From positions 62,001-126,000 of the forward strand of contig JALDZX010000041.1 in NCBI GenBank assembly GCA_022813865.1: a stretch of DNA of 64,000 bases. Direction: 5' to 3'. Source of the DNA: Xylographa opegraphella (lineage: Eukaryota). The first letter of the stretch is position 1. Each line of letters opens with the position of its first letter. A model generated the notes under the pieces. It was given only the letters and a program-made list of their open reading frames with translations. It did not search any database and was not told the origin of the DNA. Positions 25,668 to 39,006 of this stretch are shown here, in pieces. A program made the translations under genes and the position numbers.

Positions 25668-27134
25668 GGTTTCTCAAAGAAGAGTCGGTATCTACATGAA
25701 GCCGGCTAACGGTTGAATGGAAAAAAAAGCCTCGAAGAATTTGCTGGAGCGTTCCAAGATCTTGGGATAAGCAAAAGTAATCAATTACATAAATAGTAGG
25801 CAGATCAAAGGGAGTGTACTTTGATGCTATACTGCACATCCACGCCACCTTCAATTCGACCGCCACCGTCATGAATAATCATCTTCGCCATCAGCTCCAT
25901 CCTCCAAGCTTACTGCACACGATAATGAGCAGTCATCGTCAGCTTCTCCGTCATCCTTGCTTTTGCGGTAGCCTCCTTTACCAATTCTGTTACAACGCCA
26001 GGAAATGTCCATCTTCGATGACCGGTCTCTCAACTCCGTATCATGTTGCAGACGAACATTCCGACATCGACCAAGACACCGACACCGACCCGTTCAGGCC
26101 TAGCTCTCGCACTAGGATAAGCGACATCCAGGGGACTAACATCTGCCCGAGGCCGCCTACAGCTGAAAACGAACGTCGATGCACGGCTAGAACAAGTGTG
26201 AATGGCCATGGATGGGATGCGTCAAAGGCGATCCTACGTTTGTTCTCTTGGACCTGCGTCGTAGCAGAGTCAGCGTTGTATCTAGATGCAGATCGCTCCG
26301 AGAACATGCTGATCCTTGGAACGCTACTGCTGCAGTATTACCGTTTACGCCACTCATTCTGCACTCCGTCTGTGCTCCTTCTGCACTATTACTGTTACTT
26401 CGCTGCTTCTGCGCGATTACTTTCAACTTCGCTCCTTCTGCACTATTATTACACGTCGGTCATTTTGCATTATTGCTTTTGCTTCAGCATCATTATTTCT
26501 GCAGTTGTGCTTGGATCGCTATCCTGCATGGCGCCTCGAGCGAGTGGCTTGGGTGGCTTCTGGCTAGATCAGTATCTATGATACGAGGCTAATACGTACA
26601 GCCAGATTGCACTAATGGTATTTGATTCCCGAACGAACTTGTCACTTCTGACGTGACGGCGAAATCAGATATACTTTGCAGACTCGGCGAACTATCCGAT
26701 CAATAGGATGCGAATGCGTCGAAAAGTAAATGGCACTTGGTCCAAGCAATTGTTTGAAACTATCGTCATGTTTCTTTTAATTTTTTGGTGTACTACTTCG
26801 ATTAACTTAATCGTAATTTGATTGTGAATAAAGGTATCCCAACTTTACTTCGTAGTCGAGGAATGTTTCAGTGACCATTTGATTTTAGTACTCGTCTACA
26901 GGGCACGAGGGACTGAACTAGTGAAATCACCCATATTACTTTGACCAATTGTTGGTGTTTATTGCGAACCTGTACAACATTCCCGTCGATATCTGCTTTT
27001 AGCATGTGGAGATAAGAGCTGAGATGCTCAAGTCCGGCTTCGAGAAACAGAATGTCCCTTCAGCTACCTTACACTTGCGTGCTTCGAACTTGAAGTTCCT
27101 CTGAGCTGTTTCGTTGCCTTGCCGCCCATCACAA

Positions 27135-28179
27135 ATGCCTTCCGTTAATAAACCTTCTCTTCCTCCTCACGAGACAGTCGAATGTAAGACCATCGACGGT
27201 ATTACCCTGGAAGCATGGTTTTATGCTGTAGAGGGACCGGCGCCCGCTATTGTCATGACACATGGTGTAAATCTACACAACAATGTCTTGGTGTGTTTGG
27301 GCTCACGAGTTCCCAGTTTAATTGCGTCAAAGAAATGAGCCTTGCAGAAACGGCAGAAGGATTCCAGTCAGCAGGCTATAACGTCCTCCTCTACGACTCG
27401 AGAAGCATTGGAGGCAGTGGTGGATATCCCAGGAACCAAATCAATCCACTGCAAGTAACCGAAGATATATCGGGTCAGTCCCTGGTGTCGTTATCTTGCA
27501 GTACGGTCGAGGCTTACAGCTTCCTACCACAGACGTCGTCACCTATGTGTCATCACTACCGAGCGTAGACTCTCGGCGCATCATCCTGTGGGGCATGTCC
27601 CTGGGAGCCACCGTCAGCGCCTGCGCAGCCGCGGTCGACCGCCGAGTCGCCGCCGTCCTGATGGTCTGTCCTATCTTCAGCTTCGTCCGGCCCGATAAAC
27701 GGGCCAAGGCCTTCGCTCAGCTGATGCGAGACCGCGAATCACAACTGCGAGGCAACGAGCCCTTCACGCTACAGCCCTTCAACAGCAAAGGCGAGAACCC
27801 GATCGGCTACGCCGGCTCGGGCGGGCCCGGGGGCAAGGAAGCTTACTTCCTCATGCGGACCGCCGCCGAGCGGGGGCACCCTAACTTTCGCGACCGCATC
27901 ACGCTGCAGTCGTATCACAAGATGGCGCTGTTCCGGCCGAAGGAGCTGCTGGAGGAGATGCTGGAGGGAATGCCGCTCATGATGATGATTCCGGAGCTGG
28001 ATGATATATCCCTGCCGGACGAGCAGAAGGCGGTGTACGAGAGGCTCAATACTCCGAAGAGGCTTTATTGGGCGAAGGGGAAGGGGCATATGTCTATCCT
28101 TACTGGGGAGGGGTCGGCGGACATTTTGGAGGCTATGATAGGGTTTTTCGAAGCGGCGCTCCGGGGGGAGATTAAATAG
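27135..28179 (+). CDS. Alpha/beta-fold thiohydrolase / polyketide transferase (trans-acting PKS release enzyme), 2 introns
   Basis: MTHG-FNCVKEM, YDSRSIGGSGGYPRN, nucleophile elbow WGMSLG, PELDDIS, GKGHM; transcribed divergently from the PKS. Confidence 0.85.
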
Positions 28180-28720
28180 GGGCTGGGGATCTGTACGTGG
28201 AGTTTGAACGCTGCTATGCCCATCATATCAGTGTTCCCAAGTGGTGGCCGCTTGTACTGTCCTGGTTTCGAGCTGCTCAGGATATAAAATATAAATAAGA
28301 ACGTTGGGGTGTAAGACCACTTTCTCGGCTAAGGTTGGTATCGATTTTCAGTTTTTGATTTGTGAAACAACCCCATCATTTCTTTGGCATTCTGCAACTT
28401 ACCAAAATCCTGCTTTGACCTTGGCAGATGAAAGGGGATTCCTGACTAGATTTGGCTACAACGGCTGGCTACAACTGTATCCAAGGAGAGAGTATTAAGA
28501 ATCTCGAAGGTCTGGGTTCAATACACAAAGGCTATCCCCGAATGAGATAAACGCTCGTTCTGCACCTTACTGCTGGATAAGTTTACGATTAATTACTCGG
28601 AGAACTTCGAATGGTAAGAGGGCTCTTCCCCGGTCTATATATCTCCAAACAATTTGCCATCTACATAAGTGTTTGTGTAACGACAGCACGGCAATCTTCT
28701 TACAAGAACAAATAACGAGC

Positions 28721-30507
28721 CTAAGAAACACGACATAGCCGCCCATCACCCGCCACCTCCCAGTACGCGTCGGCCCCCACCGAGGTATGCTGCCACAGCG
28801 CAAAGCCCGGGTCATACTTCTTCTTGATCTTAAGCAGCGCGTCGTAGTTCGCGCCGAAGTAATCCGTCTTCCAACCCGGATCGTCGAACGTGGCCTCGTT
28901 CATGTAGCCTCCCCCACCCGGCGTGAGCGGGTTGAACAGTGCCTGCCAGGTGTTCATTTTCGCCTGGATAGCTTGCAGCTCCGGGGGGGGCACGTCCGGG
29001 TTGAAGCCGATGGCGAGGTTCAGCGTGTACAAGGCATCCCGCCAGGCGGGGAGGACGGAGTTCGAGGCCGGCGTGTTGCCCACGCGCTCGTGTGTCACGT
29101 TCAGGGAGATGGCGCTGATTCGGTTCGCGGCGTATATAGGATCCGTCACGATCTGACGGAACGCGGCAATCAAGCCTGTCAAGTTGTTCTGCACCGTCGA
29201 GGGCGGGATCAGTCGGCCGCCGATGGTGTTGTTGGTTGCGTATATCTCTGGAGGAAAGGTGTAGTACTCGTAGTGGTCGTAGAAGTTTGAATTATCGGTC
29301 GTGTTGAAGCTGACCAACACATTCAGCTTCTTCAGCACCTGGAGAAAGGGCGCAAAGGCGGCTGTCATATCGGCCTGCGTGCCACCCGTTAGAGTGGCAA
29401 CGTTGAGATCGAATGCATAATTATCGAAGCCCCAGGAGGTTGCGAAGCCGGGGATGGTATTGAGAACCAGGAGGTGCGTCTGGAATGCTCCCACGGCGGC
29501 CCAATACGAATCGGCGTCCGTGTTGGCGAAAACCAGCGATGCACCGGCCGTGGGTCCATCAGCATGCGCTTTCGTCGTTACCGAGAGAACTACGGCGTAT
29601 GTACCTCCTCCACCGCCACTCAATGCCCAGTACAAGTCGGAGTTCTGGGTGGGCGAGGCGATAAGGTGTCGGCCGTCAACCGTCACGACCTCAAACTCAA
29701 GCGCGTTATCCGCAGCCAGCCCATAGCTCGCTGCAAGAGGTCCGTGGCCACCACCCTGAACGTACCCACCCGCCATCCCGACGGTGGGACAATATCCACC
29801 GAGGACACGCAGGCCATGGTTAGCAGCCGCCTCATACCCTTCGAAGAACTGAACGCCGGCTCCTGCCTTCAACGCCGGGCCGGTGTAGCCAGGGCTGCTA
29901 TAGTTGAAAACGGTTATGTTTTTCAAATTGTGCATCCATAGCGCCAGGGAACCCTGGCCGTTTGATCGTCCGATGTAATCGTGCCCAGTGTTCTTGATCG
30001 AGAGTCTGATATTTTTCTCACGTGCGAACTTGAGCCCGGCTGTCACTGTGTCTGCGTTGTCGACGTTGATAGCATACGATGCAATATTACCCAAAGTACA
30101 GGATGCGTTGGGTCCCAGGAAGGGACTGCAGGAGTCGTTTAGCCAGTAGGGAGACATCACATTGACAGGATCATCGTAACTGAAGATACAGGATCAGTTG
30201 ATACGGTTTGTATGGCAGGGTCGATTGCTGCTTACTAGGTTTGGGTCAATACCCAGTCGTCCTGGACCTTGGTGCATGCAGCAGCATCGAGATGAGGCGC
30301 GACGCAGGACTGAGCCAGAGGAATCCCAAGAATAAGCCTGCCTTTGATGGTATTGTTTAGCCGACTCCAATCGTCGGTCGAAGGCCATTCCGTATCTCCT
30401 GGCAGATAACGACAGGCTTTTGCATTGTAATTGTCAGCACTTGCCAGGGGAAGTGCAGATAGTATAGCCGCAACCGCGCAGGTGCAGCTGAACACAATGG
30501 CATACAT
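28721..30507 (-). CDS. Secreted FAD-linked oxidoreductase (berberine bridge enzyme-like), 1 intron ~30180-30237
   Basis: Signal-peptide-like N-terminus, CRYLPGDTEWP, IKNTGHDYIGRS, GGGHGPL, GGGGGTY, C-terminal YMNEA..YFGANYDALLKIKKKYDP. Confidence 0.93.
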
Positions 30508-31409
30508 CGTCGATGCGTCGAAAAGCCAAAAGAGAAATCTGGAAAACGACTATGAAATAAGAGGAAATCACGCGTGCGCCGATACTTATTTGATGCTTAT
30601 CTCACCATTACTAGAGTGCCTTATACAGATACAGAGCCTGTGCCGCTTCTTCTCGAGTCATTGTATGCTAAAAACGAGGATGTGTGCCTCATCAGAGAGT
30701 CTGCCGTGTCTGTGGCGGCTCTCGCCACAGCTTGTACGTCGTATATTACTGCAGTACGAGGGGGAAATCGGCCGGAGTTGTGCCACTGCATCCTACTGGT
30801 GCAGAGACTCAACCAATACAGCTCTACGCGGCAGCGCTCGATGAGTCGAGACTAATCTCGAATGGATTCCTGTGATATCGTATCCTTGTCATATGGATGA
30901 TGGTCAGGCTGCATGATTACTGTCGCAACCTCAAGGATACGGTAAGCCTTGCATGCGGGATGCTTACATTCCGTAGCGCCACCAACAGCCTTGTCGATCC
31001 GAGCTTCAAGTCTTCAAGCTGAACTGAGCTGAACCGACTATCACACCGAAGGAGCAAGCCGGGCCCACCGTTGAGGATTTCAGGGAGTGAATTAGCTCAG
31101 GCCGATATGTCAGCCACGCATAATGGCGTTGATTGTTTGACACACACTGCAAGTGTCTGTTCCCGTTTGTTCCTGCAGAATACATCTGGCTCAAGGGGAG
31201 AGTCAGCTTCTGGGCCAACGATGTAGCGATGCCTGTGCGTGTACGATCGGCTGTCCGAATGGGCGAAGAAGTACTGCGTCCCTCGCGCTCTTCATCATCA
31301 ATGTTTTATGCTCGTATGCGACAAGAATAGTTGATTGATGTCACTCGTATGCAATCATTGCAGATTCGACTTCTTCTTTGTACTATCGTGAAGGAAAATT
31401 CTCAAAACG

Positions 31410-33578
31410 ATGTCCACTGCCGATGAATTCCTAGAGCGTTTGCTAGAAAAAGAACTGCCACTCCTCCATTCTCAATATGACTGGGAGAACCGGGCACGTC
31501 AAGGGGTCTACTTTCTCATTTTGGGATATCTTACTTGGGGCATTTGTCTTGGACTCTATCGAGGTATATGTTGTGGACATGTCTTATTCCTATAGGTTAG
31601 CTGTTAAATCCTAGATTATAGTGTCTTTACATCCTCTGGCAAACGTTCCAGGCCCAAGATTAGCTGGTGAGATGACTCGATCGATCAATGGGACGAGGTC
31701 CGGGACTGGATTGAAACGATGTCTGACGCTGTCCAGGAATGACATACTGGTACGAAATCTACTATGAAGTCTTCCTGGGAGGCAAATACTTCCGGCGAAT
31801 GGACGAAATGCACAAGCAATACGGTATGGACCACTGCTATTGGGTCTCAAGCTATGGCCCTGTTGACACAGTTATGATCCAGGTCCGGTGGTGCGTATCA
31901 ACCCCAATGAGGTTCACTTCAACGATCCAGATTTTATTGAAACGCTGTACCCGACTGGAGGAAGGAAAACGAATAAGCCGATAATGGTTGGACAGAGAAC
32001 AGGAAGTGGGCAATAGCGTGTTGCAGGATTCCCAATTGAAGCTGATTATTCCCTTCCTTTAGCCCCGAACTCCATTGTCGCCACGGTAGATCACGACATG
32101 CACCGCATGCGCCGGAACAGTATTAACGGGTTCTTCTCCAATGCGAGTATCCGTAGAGTTGAGCCAATCATAAAGGAGAAATTGGAAAAAATGTTGGCGC
32201 GCTGGAATGAACCGAACGGAAAGGATGGCAAGGTTTTGCACATGCACACCATTTTTAAGGCATATGCGAGCGACATAATCACCACATATGCTTTTGGCGA
32301 CTGTTTTCATTTCCTCGACGAGGAGGATTGGGGTATGGCGTATTTCACTTCTACCGATCGATATTTCGCACTCACCCACGTCTTCGGCCACTTCCCTATA
32401 GTTATGAGGCTGGTCAACAACATGCCAACCTGGGCACTTAAAATATTCATCCCGAATTTGACCGAGATGTCGGGAAAGCAAATGGTAAGAGAGTCCTCGT
32501 GTTCTCATTTTACATCTTCTTCTTTCTGCTGCAAATACCTATGAGTTTGTAAGAGCGCGGAGAGAACGCCTCTTTACACATGTTTGTTTCGGTGCATACC
32601 GTAGATTATCGCAAAACAATGACATGTATCTTTTTGTCTCTTGAAAAATGTGGAGGCTGAACGGTGCTGATGGACAATAGTGGTGGATCAACAGAGTCCG
32701 CCAAATCAGGCGGTCTCCGAATCCAGAGGAAATCAAGAGCACGATATTTGAAGGCATCTTGAGTAGCTCGCTACCAGACGAAGAAAAAACCGACGCAAGA
32801 ATGGCCCACGATGCACAGCTGATCGGACTTGCCGGCGAGGGCACAACTGGTTCGAGACTACCTTATTCGTATCAAGTTGACGGCGCTGATGTTTGAGGAT
32901 ATAGCATACACACTCAGCGCCACCCTGTTCGAGCTTCTCGCCCATCCTGTCGAACTCCAGAAAGTGAAAAAGGAGCTCGCGGCAGCCATTCCTGACAAGA
33001 ACATCGTTCCGTCTTACTCGGAAGTCGAGACTTTGCCCTACTTCAACGCGGCTATTCAGGAGGGCCTTCGTCTTCACCCAGGCGTCATGTCTCGGATGGC
33101 TCGGATCTCTCCCGAGGTGGAGATCGTGTACCATGACAAGCGCCGCGACCGGACGTACCAGATTCCGCCAGGCATGTGGACGAGCATGTCAACATTTATC
33201 ACCCACACGGATCCCGAGGTATTTGAAGATCCTTACGAATATCGTCCTCAGAGGTGGATCGATAATCCCTTGCTGAGTCGGTCGTTCATCGCATTTGCTC
33301 GAGGATCCAGGAACTGTGTTGGGTAAGGTCCTCGGCGTTCTCGTAAATCAATCAAGGCTCGCTGACTGTCGTACCACAGCCAAAACTTTGCGCGTCGGGA
33401 AATGGGTATGGTATTGGCAACTATACTCAATAGATACGACGTCTACCGCGGCCAAGAGGGACGTACGCTCGAACTGTACGACACGATTCGCGAAAGGGAT
33501 ATAGTCGCGAGCAGTGAAATGATTATTCCCGTGCCCGCCAAAGGCAGTCAAGGGCTTCGGATCAAGGTCAGGCACTGA
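31410..33578 (+). CDS. Cytochrome P450 monooxygenase, multi-exon
   Basis: HPLANVPGPRLA, I-helix AGEGTT, EGLR (ExxR), YRPQRW, heme motif FARGSRNCVG. Confidence 0.95.
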
Positions 33579-34763
33579 ATAGCATGGCGGCGGTTCATCG
33601 CCACCTCGGAACTGAAACGAGATTGTCGAGACAGAGCATAGAAGCCGTGTTACCAAAGATAGGGGAAGTGCTGGTGGGACTGAATAAATAGCTGGATCCG
33701 TAACGTATGGCTAAATGTTACTACAACAACAACACGAAGTTAAACTTTGCAACGTGCTGTCGTGGTAGCACCCTATTAAGGCTAGCCCAGGGCCCTTTCC
33801 ACTTAGGGCACCTTACTGTACTGAATCTAGCTTAACACTCCAGCAGCCCTAGCCGTCGACGGAAAACACCAGAGCATGGTACCGAGGTAATGTTCAACTA
33901 GCCCGTAGCCTTAGAAGTACTCTACGTGGAACTCTATTCACACGTTGTCTCTTTAAAGTGAATTGTCGTATACTTACTTGTGAGAGCATAACATAAAATA
34001 CCGTCGTAGTATGATAGGATATAGGGGCAACCTTTGCCGTCACGATCACCCATATGATGCTGATACTCAACAATCGATTTCAAGGACGCTCTGGCAAGCC
34101 AAGCTGGAGCAAGCCTCTTGCGTCAGCGTCACAGTCGGCAAACTTCTGCAGCTCGTAGATAACTGGCCCCTGAGTCGGGCAGGCTGATTCAGGCTCCCTA
34201 TCGACTATGGATACGAGAGCCGCAGCTTTCACAGTTGTTCCGAACACGACCCACCCTTCGGTTGCTGGCTTGAGAATGCGATCCGGGTTTATGATCTGCA
34301 CCGTTACTGTCAATCGTTCCTTGGTCTTCTGACACCCTCTCTGATGCCGTGTAACCTGACAAGAACAGGAACGGTCCAACATTCGAACGAATCCGTCGGG
34401 ACAATCGGCCTCGGAGGAATAAACTATCCGAGCACTCCGGGAAGGACGAAAAGGGATGGTCTATAATTCACTATTCGCGTCCAGACTTCCACTACTCAGC
34501 TAGAGTATGTAACGCGTGCTCCAGATCCTCTATCATGAGCATCGGATCGTGTTAATCGTGACTGATCCAGTCTATGAACCTGACGAGGTACTTTTCTCTA
34601 CTCTATCCACATGCTCGCTACTCTCCCGCTCACTCACTCGCAACCCAGTCACAACACCAACTTCTTCTAATGACAAATTCTAAACACTTCGACTTTTGAA
34701 TCGGAGAGAAACTCAAATCTTTCATTCCTTGCAGCACCTAAATCCATTTTACTTCCTACGAAA

Positions 34764-35612
34764 ATGTCGAACCCTAAGCGAACAGTCCTCATCACAGGCT
34801 GCTCCGATGGTGGCATCGGCGCCGCGCTTGCAATCGCTTTCCACGAAGCCGGCCTGCACGTATATGCGACGGCTCGAAATCCTTCGAAAATGGAACTCCT
34901 CGCCGCTGCCGGCATTCAAACGCTGACACTCGACGTGCAATCCGAATCCTCGATCGCGGCCTGTGTCAACTCACTCTCCAGCCTCGACATCTTGGTGAAC
35001 AATGCCGGCGCCCAGTTCCTCATGCCTGTGGTGGATGTTTCGATCACCGAGGCCAAGCAGACGTTCGATCTTAACGTGTGGGCGCATATCGCCATGACGC
35101 AGGCATTCTTGCCGTTACTTATGAAGTCATCCAAAGGCATGATCGTGAATCAAACTTCGGTTGGGGCCGTCACTACGCTTCCATTCCAGGCCGTCTACAA
35201 CGCCTCCAAAGCAGCCTTCGCAATGTTTTCGGATTCGCTCCGGCTCGAGCTTCAGCCATTCGGCATTACCGTCGTCGATCTGCGGACGGGAGTTGTCAAG
35301 ACCAACCTGATCAAGAACTCCAAGGAGTTGAAGCAACCTTCGTTGCCCAAGGGGTCCATTTACGAGCCCGCGCGAGAGACGGTGGAGAAGGTGATGCGCC
35401 AAGAAGGATTCGAGAACACGGGAATGCCAGCGCAGCAGTGGGCGAAAGCGGTGGTGCAGGACCTGTTGAAGATGAACCCGCCGCCGGTCATCTGGAGGGG
35501 AGAATCGGCGTGGTTGACGCGCCTCGCGGCCGTGCTGCCTTTCGGGATGTTTGATGGAATGGTCAAGAAGTTGACGGGCTTGGACATTGTGGCTCAGATG
35601 GTACGGAAATGA
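34764..35612 (+). CDS. Short-chain dehydrogenase/reductase (Ayr1-like subfamily)
   Basis: TGCSDGGIG, NNAG, YNASK catalytic motif; intronless, 282 aa. Confidence 0.93.
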   Translation: MSNPKRTVLITGCSDGGIGAALAIAFHEAGLHVYATARNPSKMELLAAAGIQTLTLDVQSESSIAACVNSLSSLDILVNNAGAQFLMPVVDVSITEAKQTFDLNVWAHIAMTQAFLPLLMKSSKGMIVNQTSVGAVTTLPFQAVYNASKAAFAMFSDSLRLELQPFGITVVDLRTGVVKTNLIKNSKELKQPSLPKGSIYEPARETVEKVMRQEGFENTGMPAQQWAKAVVQDLLKMNPPPVIWRGESAWLTRLAAVLPFGMFDGMVKKLTGLDIVAQMVRK

Positions 35613-37259
35613 GGACATCAGATGTTCACGTGGACCAGCTGGCCTACCGTATCACGTTGCTGGAGGGAGTGCAAAGGAGTGTTTGGATTTGGTATCGGAG
35701 TACCTAAATACCCGTTTCCCGACTCCCAAATCATGGTAGCTATGTATTTGTAGACGATCACAAGAGTTTGCTACACCCTTCCTCCGAACAGTCACAACCA
35801 ACACGGCTTGGAAAACACTTCCTGATGACTAAAAGCTAGTAGTGCTAGCATGGCCGGTAGCGCGTCCACATTTTAACGTTACCGGGAGTGTATCAATTGA
35901 CTAAAAAGTGGCTGCCGATAAAGCGAGCCGCGAGCGTGCTTCTCCCGGGGCTAGATGCGCCGCTAAAGATAGCGCTCGATACCACGTCCCGTTGTAACTG
36001 TATTATCCTAGTAAATCCAAACCTGAATCAACACTTCTCCATTCCTTCCTGCTGGAAGTGAAATGGAATGCAGAAGTAGTAAGACCTACGCTGAGTCAGG
36101 TTAAAGATTGACGTCTTGGCATAAGGGTGACGACGAAAGGATCGGCTCGACCTGCCGTGTCTCATATGCTCCGAACTGCACGTGGGCCCAACTCTTTGGG
36201 CGTGCAACTCAGACCGATGATGGAATATTCCCTCATCCGGAATAGGCTCATCGCTGCCACGACATTCTTCTCATTTACCGAGAGACCCTTGTTACTGGTT
36301 TCGCTTGTCGATCTCGTGCCTGCTTCCTCTCCAGCGTCTCTGCCGTTTCTGGGCGATAATCATCACGCGAACACGAGGCAAAGAGATAGCCGTTGGTGTT
36401 TCATGCCGCCAGCGCTACTGCGTTCACGGTGTCGTCCCCACCGTGCTACGTGCCTGTGCTATCGCCTCTCGGGAAAGCAGTACCTAAGTCGGCCCCGTCT
36501 CTTAAAGCAATCGTATACGCTGACCTACATTCGAGAGGCGTAGCCCAATGATCATGGAGTGATCCGCCCGTCAGACCACTCCAAACGGCTTGGACCAATA
36601 TAACCCCTGAGGATTGCTGGAAGCACTGCGGGCGATTCAATTAGAAATGGGGGAATACTAAATGTCCGTCGACGTTCCGCCTTGGCTGTAACAAATCAGA
36701 TTCCATCCTTGGCATTGTTCACTTGGTGGATGTAACCAGGCTGTGATCACCACCATAGCTGCATTCGATTCGTTCAAGATAAGTACAACGATACCGAACA
36801 AGCTAAATCCTGACCCCAAAGGGAGAACTACGTTCTGTCAAAGGATCCTGCGCAACGCACCGAATCTTCAGCCAAGAAGTCCCAAGAACCAAACGTCACT
36901 CATAGCTCGAGGGAATCTGGCAAGCTATCAGGTATCGAATAGCTCCGGTGTTTCAAGAGGCATCATGTAACGGTCAACCCTGGCTTCTGTCCGTCGCATC
37001 GTGCCTCTCACTGAGTATCGGCTCTCAAGACGAGCTGGGACCTGATGGAAATGCGGTCACGATCAGGTGGGGTGAAGCCCCAGCTATATAGGGTGTAGGA
37101 TGCTGGTTGTCACACCCTGACCGACCGTATTCAGGGTCCTTCGGCCAGCCTCGTTGTTGCTGTGCATATAGCTGGGATCGTTCCCGCCTGTCTTCATGGT
37201 AAGTACCATCATGTTAAAATGCATGTCTCGACATCCTTCCGGCCTAACATTGGTTTTCG

Positions 37260-38305
37260 ATGTCAAAGGAATTGATGGACCCTAATGTTGAGGATGCTCT
37301 TGAGCGCCGGCGGATACAGAACCGTATGGCCCAGCGCAGGTTTCGTCGTGAGTGAGACCCGTCAGCATCATATATGGTGGTGGCATCAGCTAAGCCTGGG
37401 ACTGATCTAATGTTTTATATATCGTAGGGAATCAAAGGCTACAGAATTCCGTCGACTGGACCGAAGTCAAGGAAGATGCATATAATTCCATGTATCTAGA
37501 CTTGCAGTCCCAGGGATTGTCCTCTGGTGATGCCTACCTCTCACCTGGACCGTACCCCAACTCGTCCATCAACTCCGCCGTTCGGTGTCTTGATACGCTT
37601 GCCTCCTCACATGGCCACGATTTACTTCTGGATGACATCAGTTTCCTCGAACACAGTTCCGCCGTCTCGACCCAAGACCGGGACCCCACCTTCTCAAGTT
37701 TGCAGACATCACCAAGCAGCCCCACGGTCGTGGAGCAGTTCTCCAACAGCGTACCCAATAGCTCACCCATGAATCATTCTCTGGTTCCCCTGGGAAGCTT
37801 TACAGGGACCGCCCAAGGATCGTATAGCTTGAGTCCAAGTACACCAAGTGACTGCTCATCGACTCCGTCAGTAAGAAGTCCATGCGGCTGGTTGAGTCCG
37901 CTGCACATTGCAGCGCAGAAAGGGCATGATCGGATCGCACGCATATTACTACAACACAACATCGACTGCAACGAGAAAGACAGTGACGGCCTCACGCCCA
38001 TCGCGCACGCGGCCATTGGGGGCCATGAGGACGTGGTCCGCTCTCTGCTCCTACATGGTGCCCGTATCGGCAACGTTGACGGGCAGCTACGTCCATCGGC
38101 TCTCCACTGGGCTGTGCTACACCGCCGCGAGACATCACTGAGGGTCTTGCTGAACCACTGCTCGGAGGAAAAAGCACTGATCGATAGCTATGACGATGTC
38201 GGACGGACTCCCTTGCATATCGCCATCGACACCGACTTCGAAACAGGCGTGCTCATGCTCCTCCAGTTCGGGGCTAACCCCCAAGGGAAGGCTCGGAAGC
38301 CTTAG
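37260..38305 (+). CDS. bZIP basic region + ankyrin repeat transcription factor (bANK / TOXE-like), intron ~37348-37427
   Basis: Exon 1 ERRRIQNRMAQRRFR; C-terminal ankyrin repeats SPLHIAA, TPIAHAA, SALHWAV, TPLHIAI. Confidence 0.88.
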
Positions 38306-39006
38306 AGCCCGGCGGATTTAAAATATATCTATAGACTAGAGTCGTGCTTTCCGAACATTAAGGATCCATCGCCGGAAGCTGCACGGGGTGGGGCCGCAGA
38401 TCGGGACATATGATGGTGCGTGGCAGGAATCGGTCGTGCAGATGAGCGTTTTTCGGAAGCCCGGCCTTAGATTTGCTGTATCATCTACATCAATTAGCTT
38501 ACACATCAGAGTAATATACTTCAGCCTTCAACTGCATACCTATCCTCCTTGGAATAGCACTTGTCGTCTGCGGCTCATGCCGGGGATGGCACGGACCGTC
38601 AGGTAGCTCGTGTCAGAGATTATACCGGGACGGCACAATCCGTCCACGCTAACTCCCTAGTGTAGGATGGACGCCAAAAGCGGGAGGCGGCGCAATAGAG
38701 CGCCGTCCCTGGGCAGCCGAGCGCGGCTACGATTGGCTGAGGCTCCAATCGGCTAGATTATTGCGCCGAGCGACATTTCTTCGACCCACCCCTACAAGGC
38801 TTTCGCGGTGATCTCGGGACTGTCTGCATGTTTCAACCTCCATCAACACTGCAGCGTTCCTCTGCGGTGGATTACTCACAGGTCTGGGGCTCTTGGGTCC
38901 CCCTCGGCTGGCATCATGTCCCATTCACTCGCCTCTCGCGAGCCTCACGCAGGTTCCGCTTCGGCCACGACCACCATTTGCTACTTCCACCGCCTCATCG
39001 ATTACC

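Noticed and set aside
25814..26581. 255-aa ORF in the PKS/hydrolase divergent promoter
   Set aside because: Low-complexity translation derived from a short duplicated ctccttctgcactatta tract; no protein motifs.
26640..26660. TGACGT bZIP site as the cluster-wide regulator motif
   Set aside because: I could not find a convincing shared motif in the other cluster promoters by eye.
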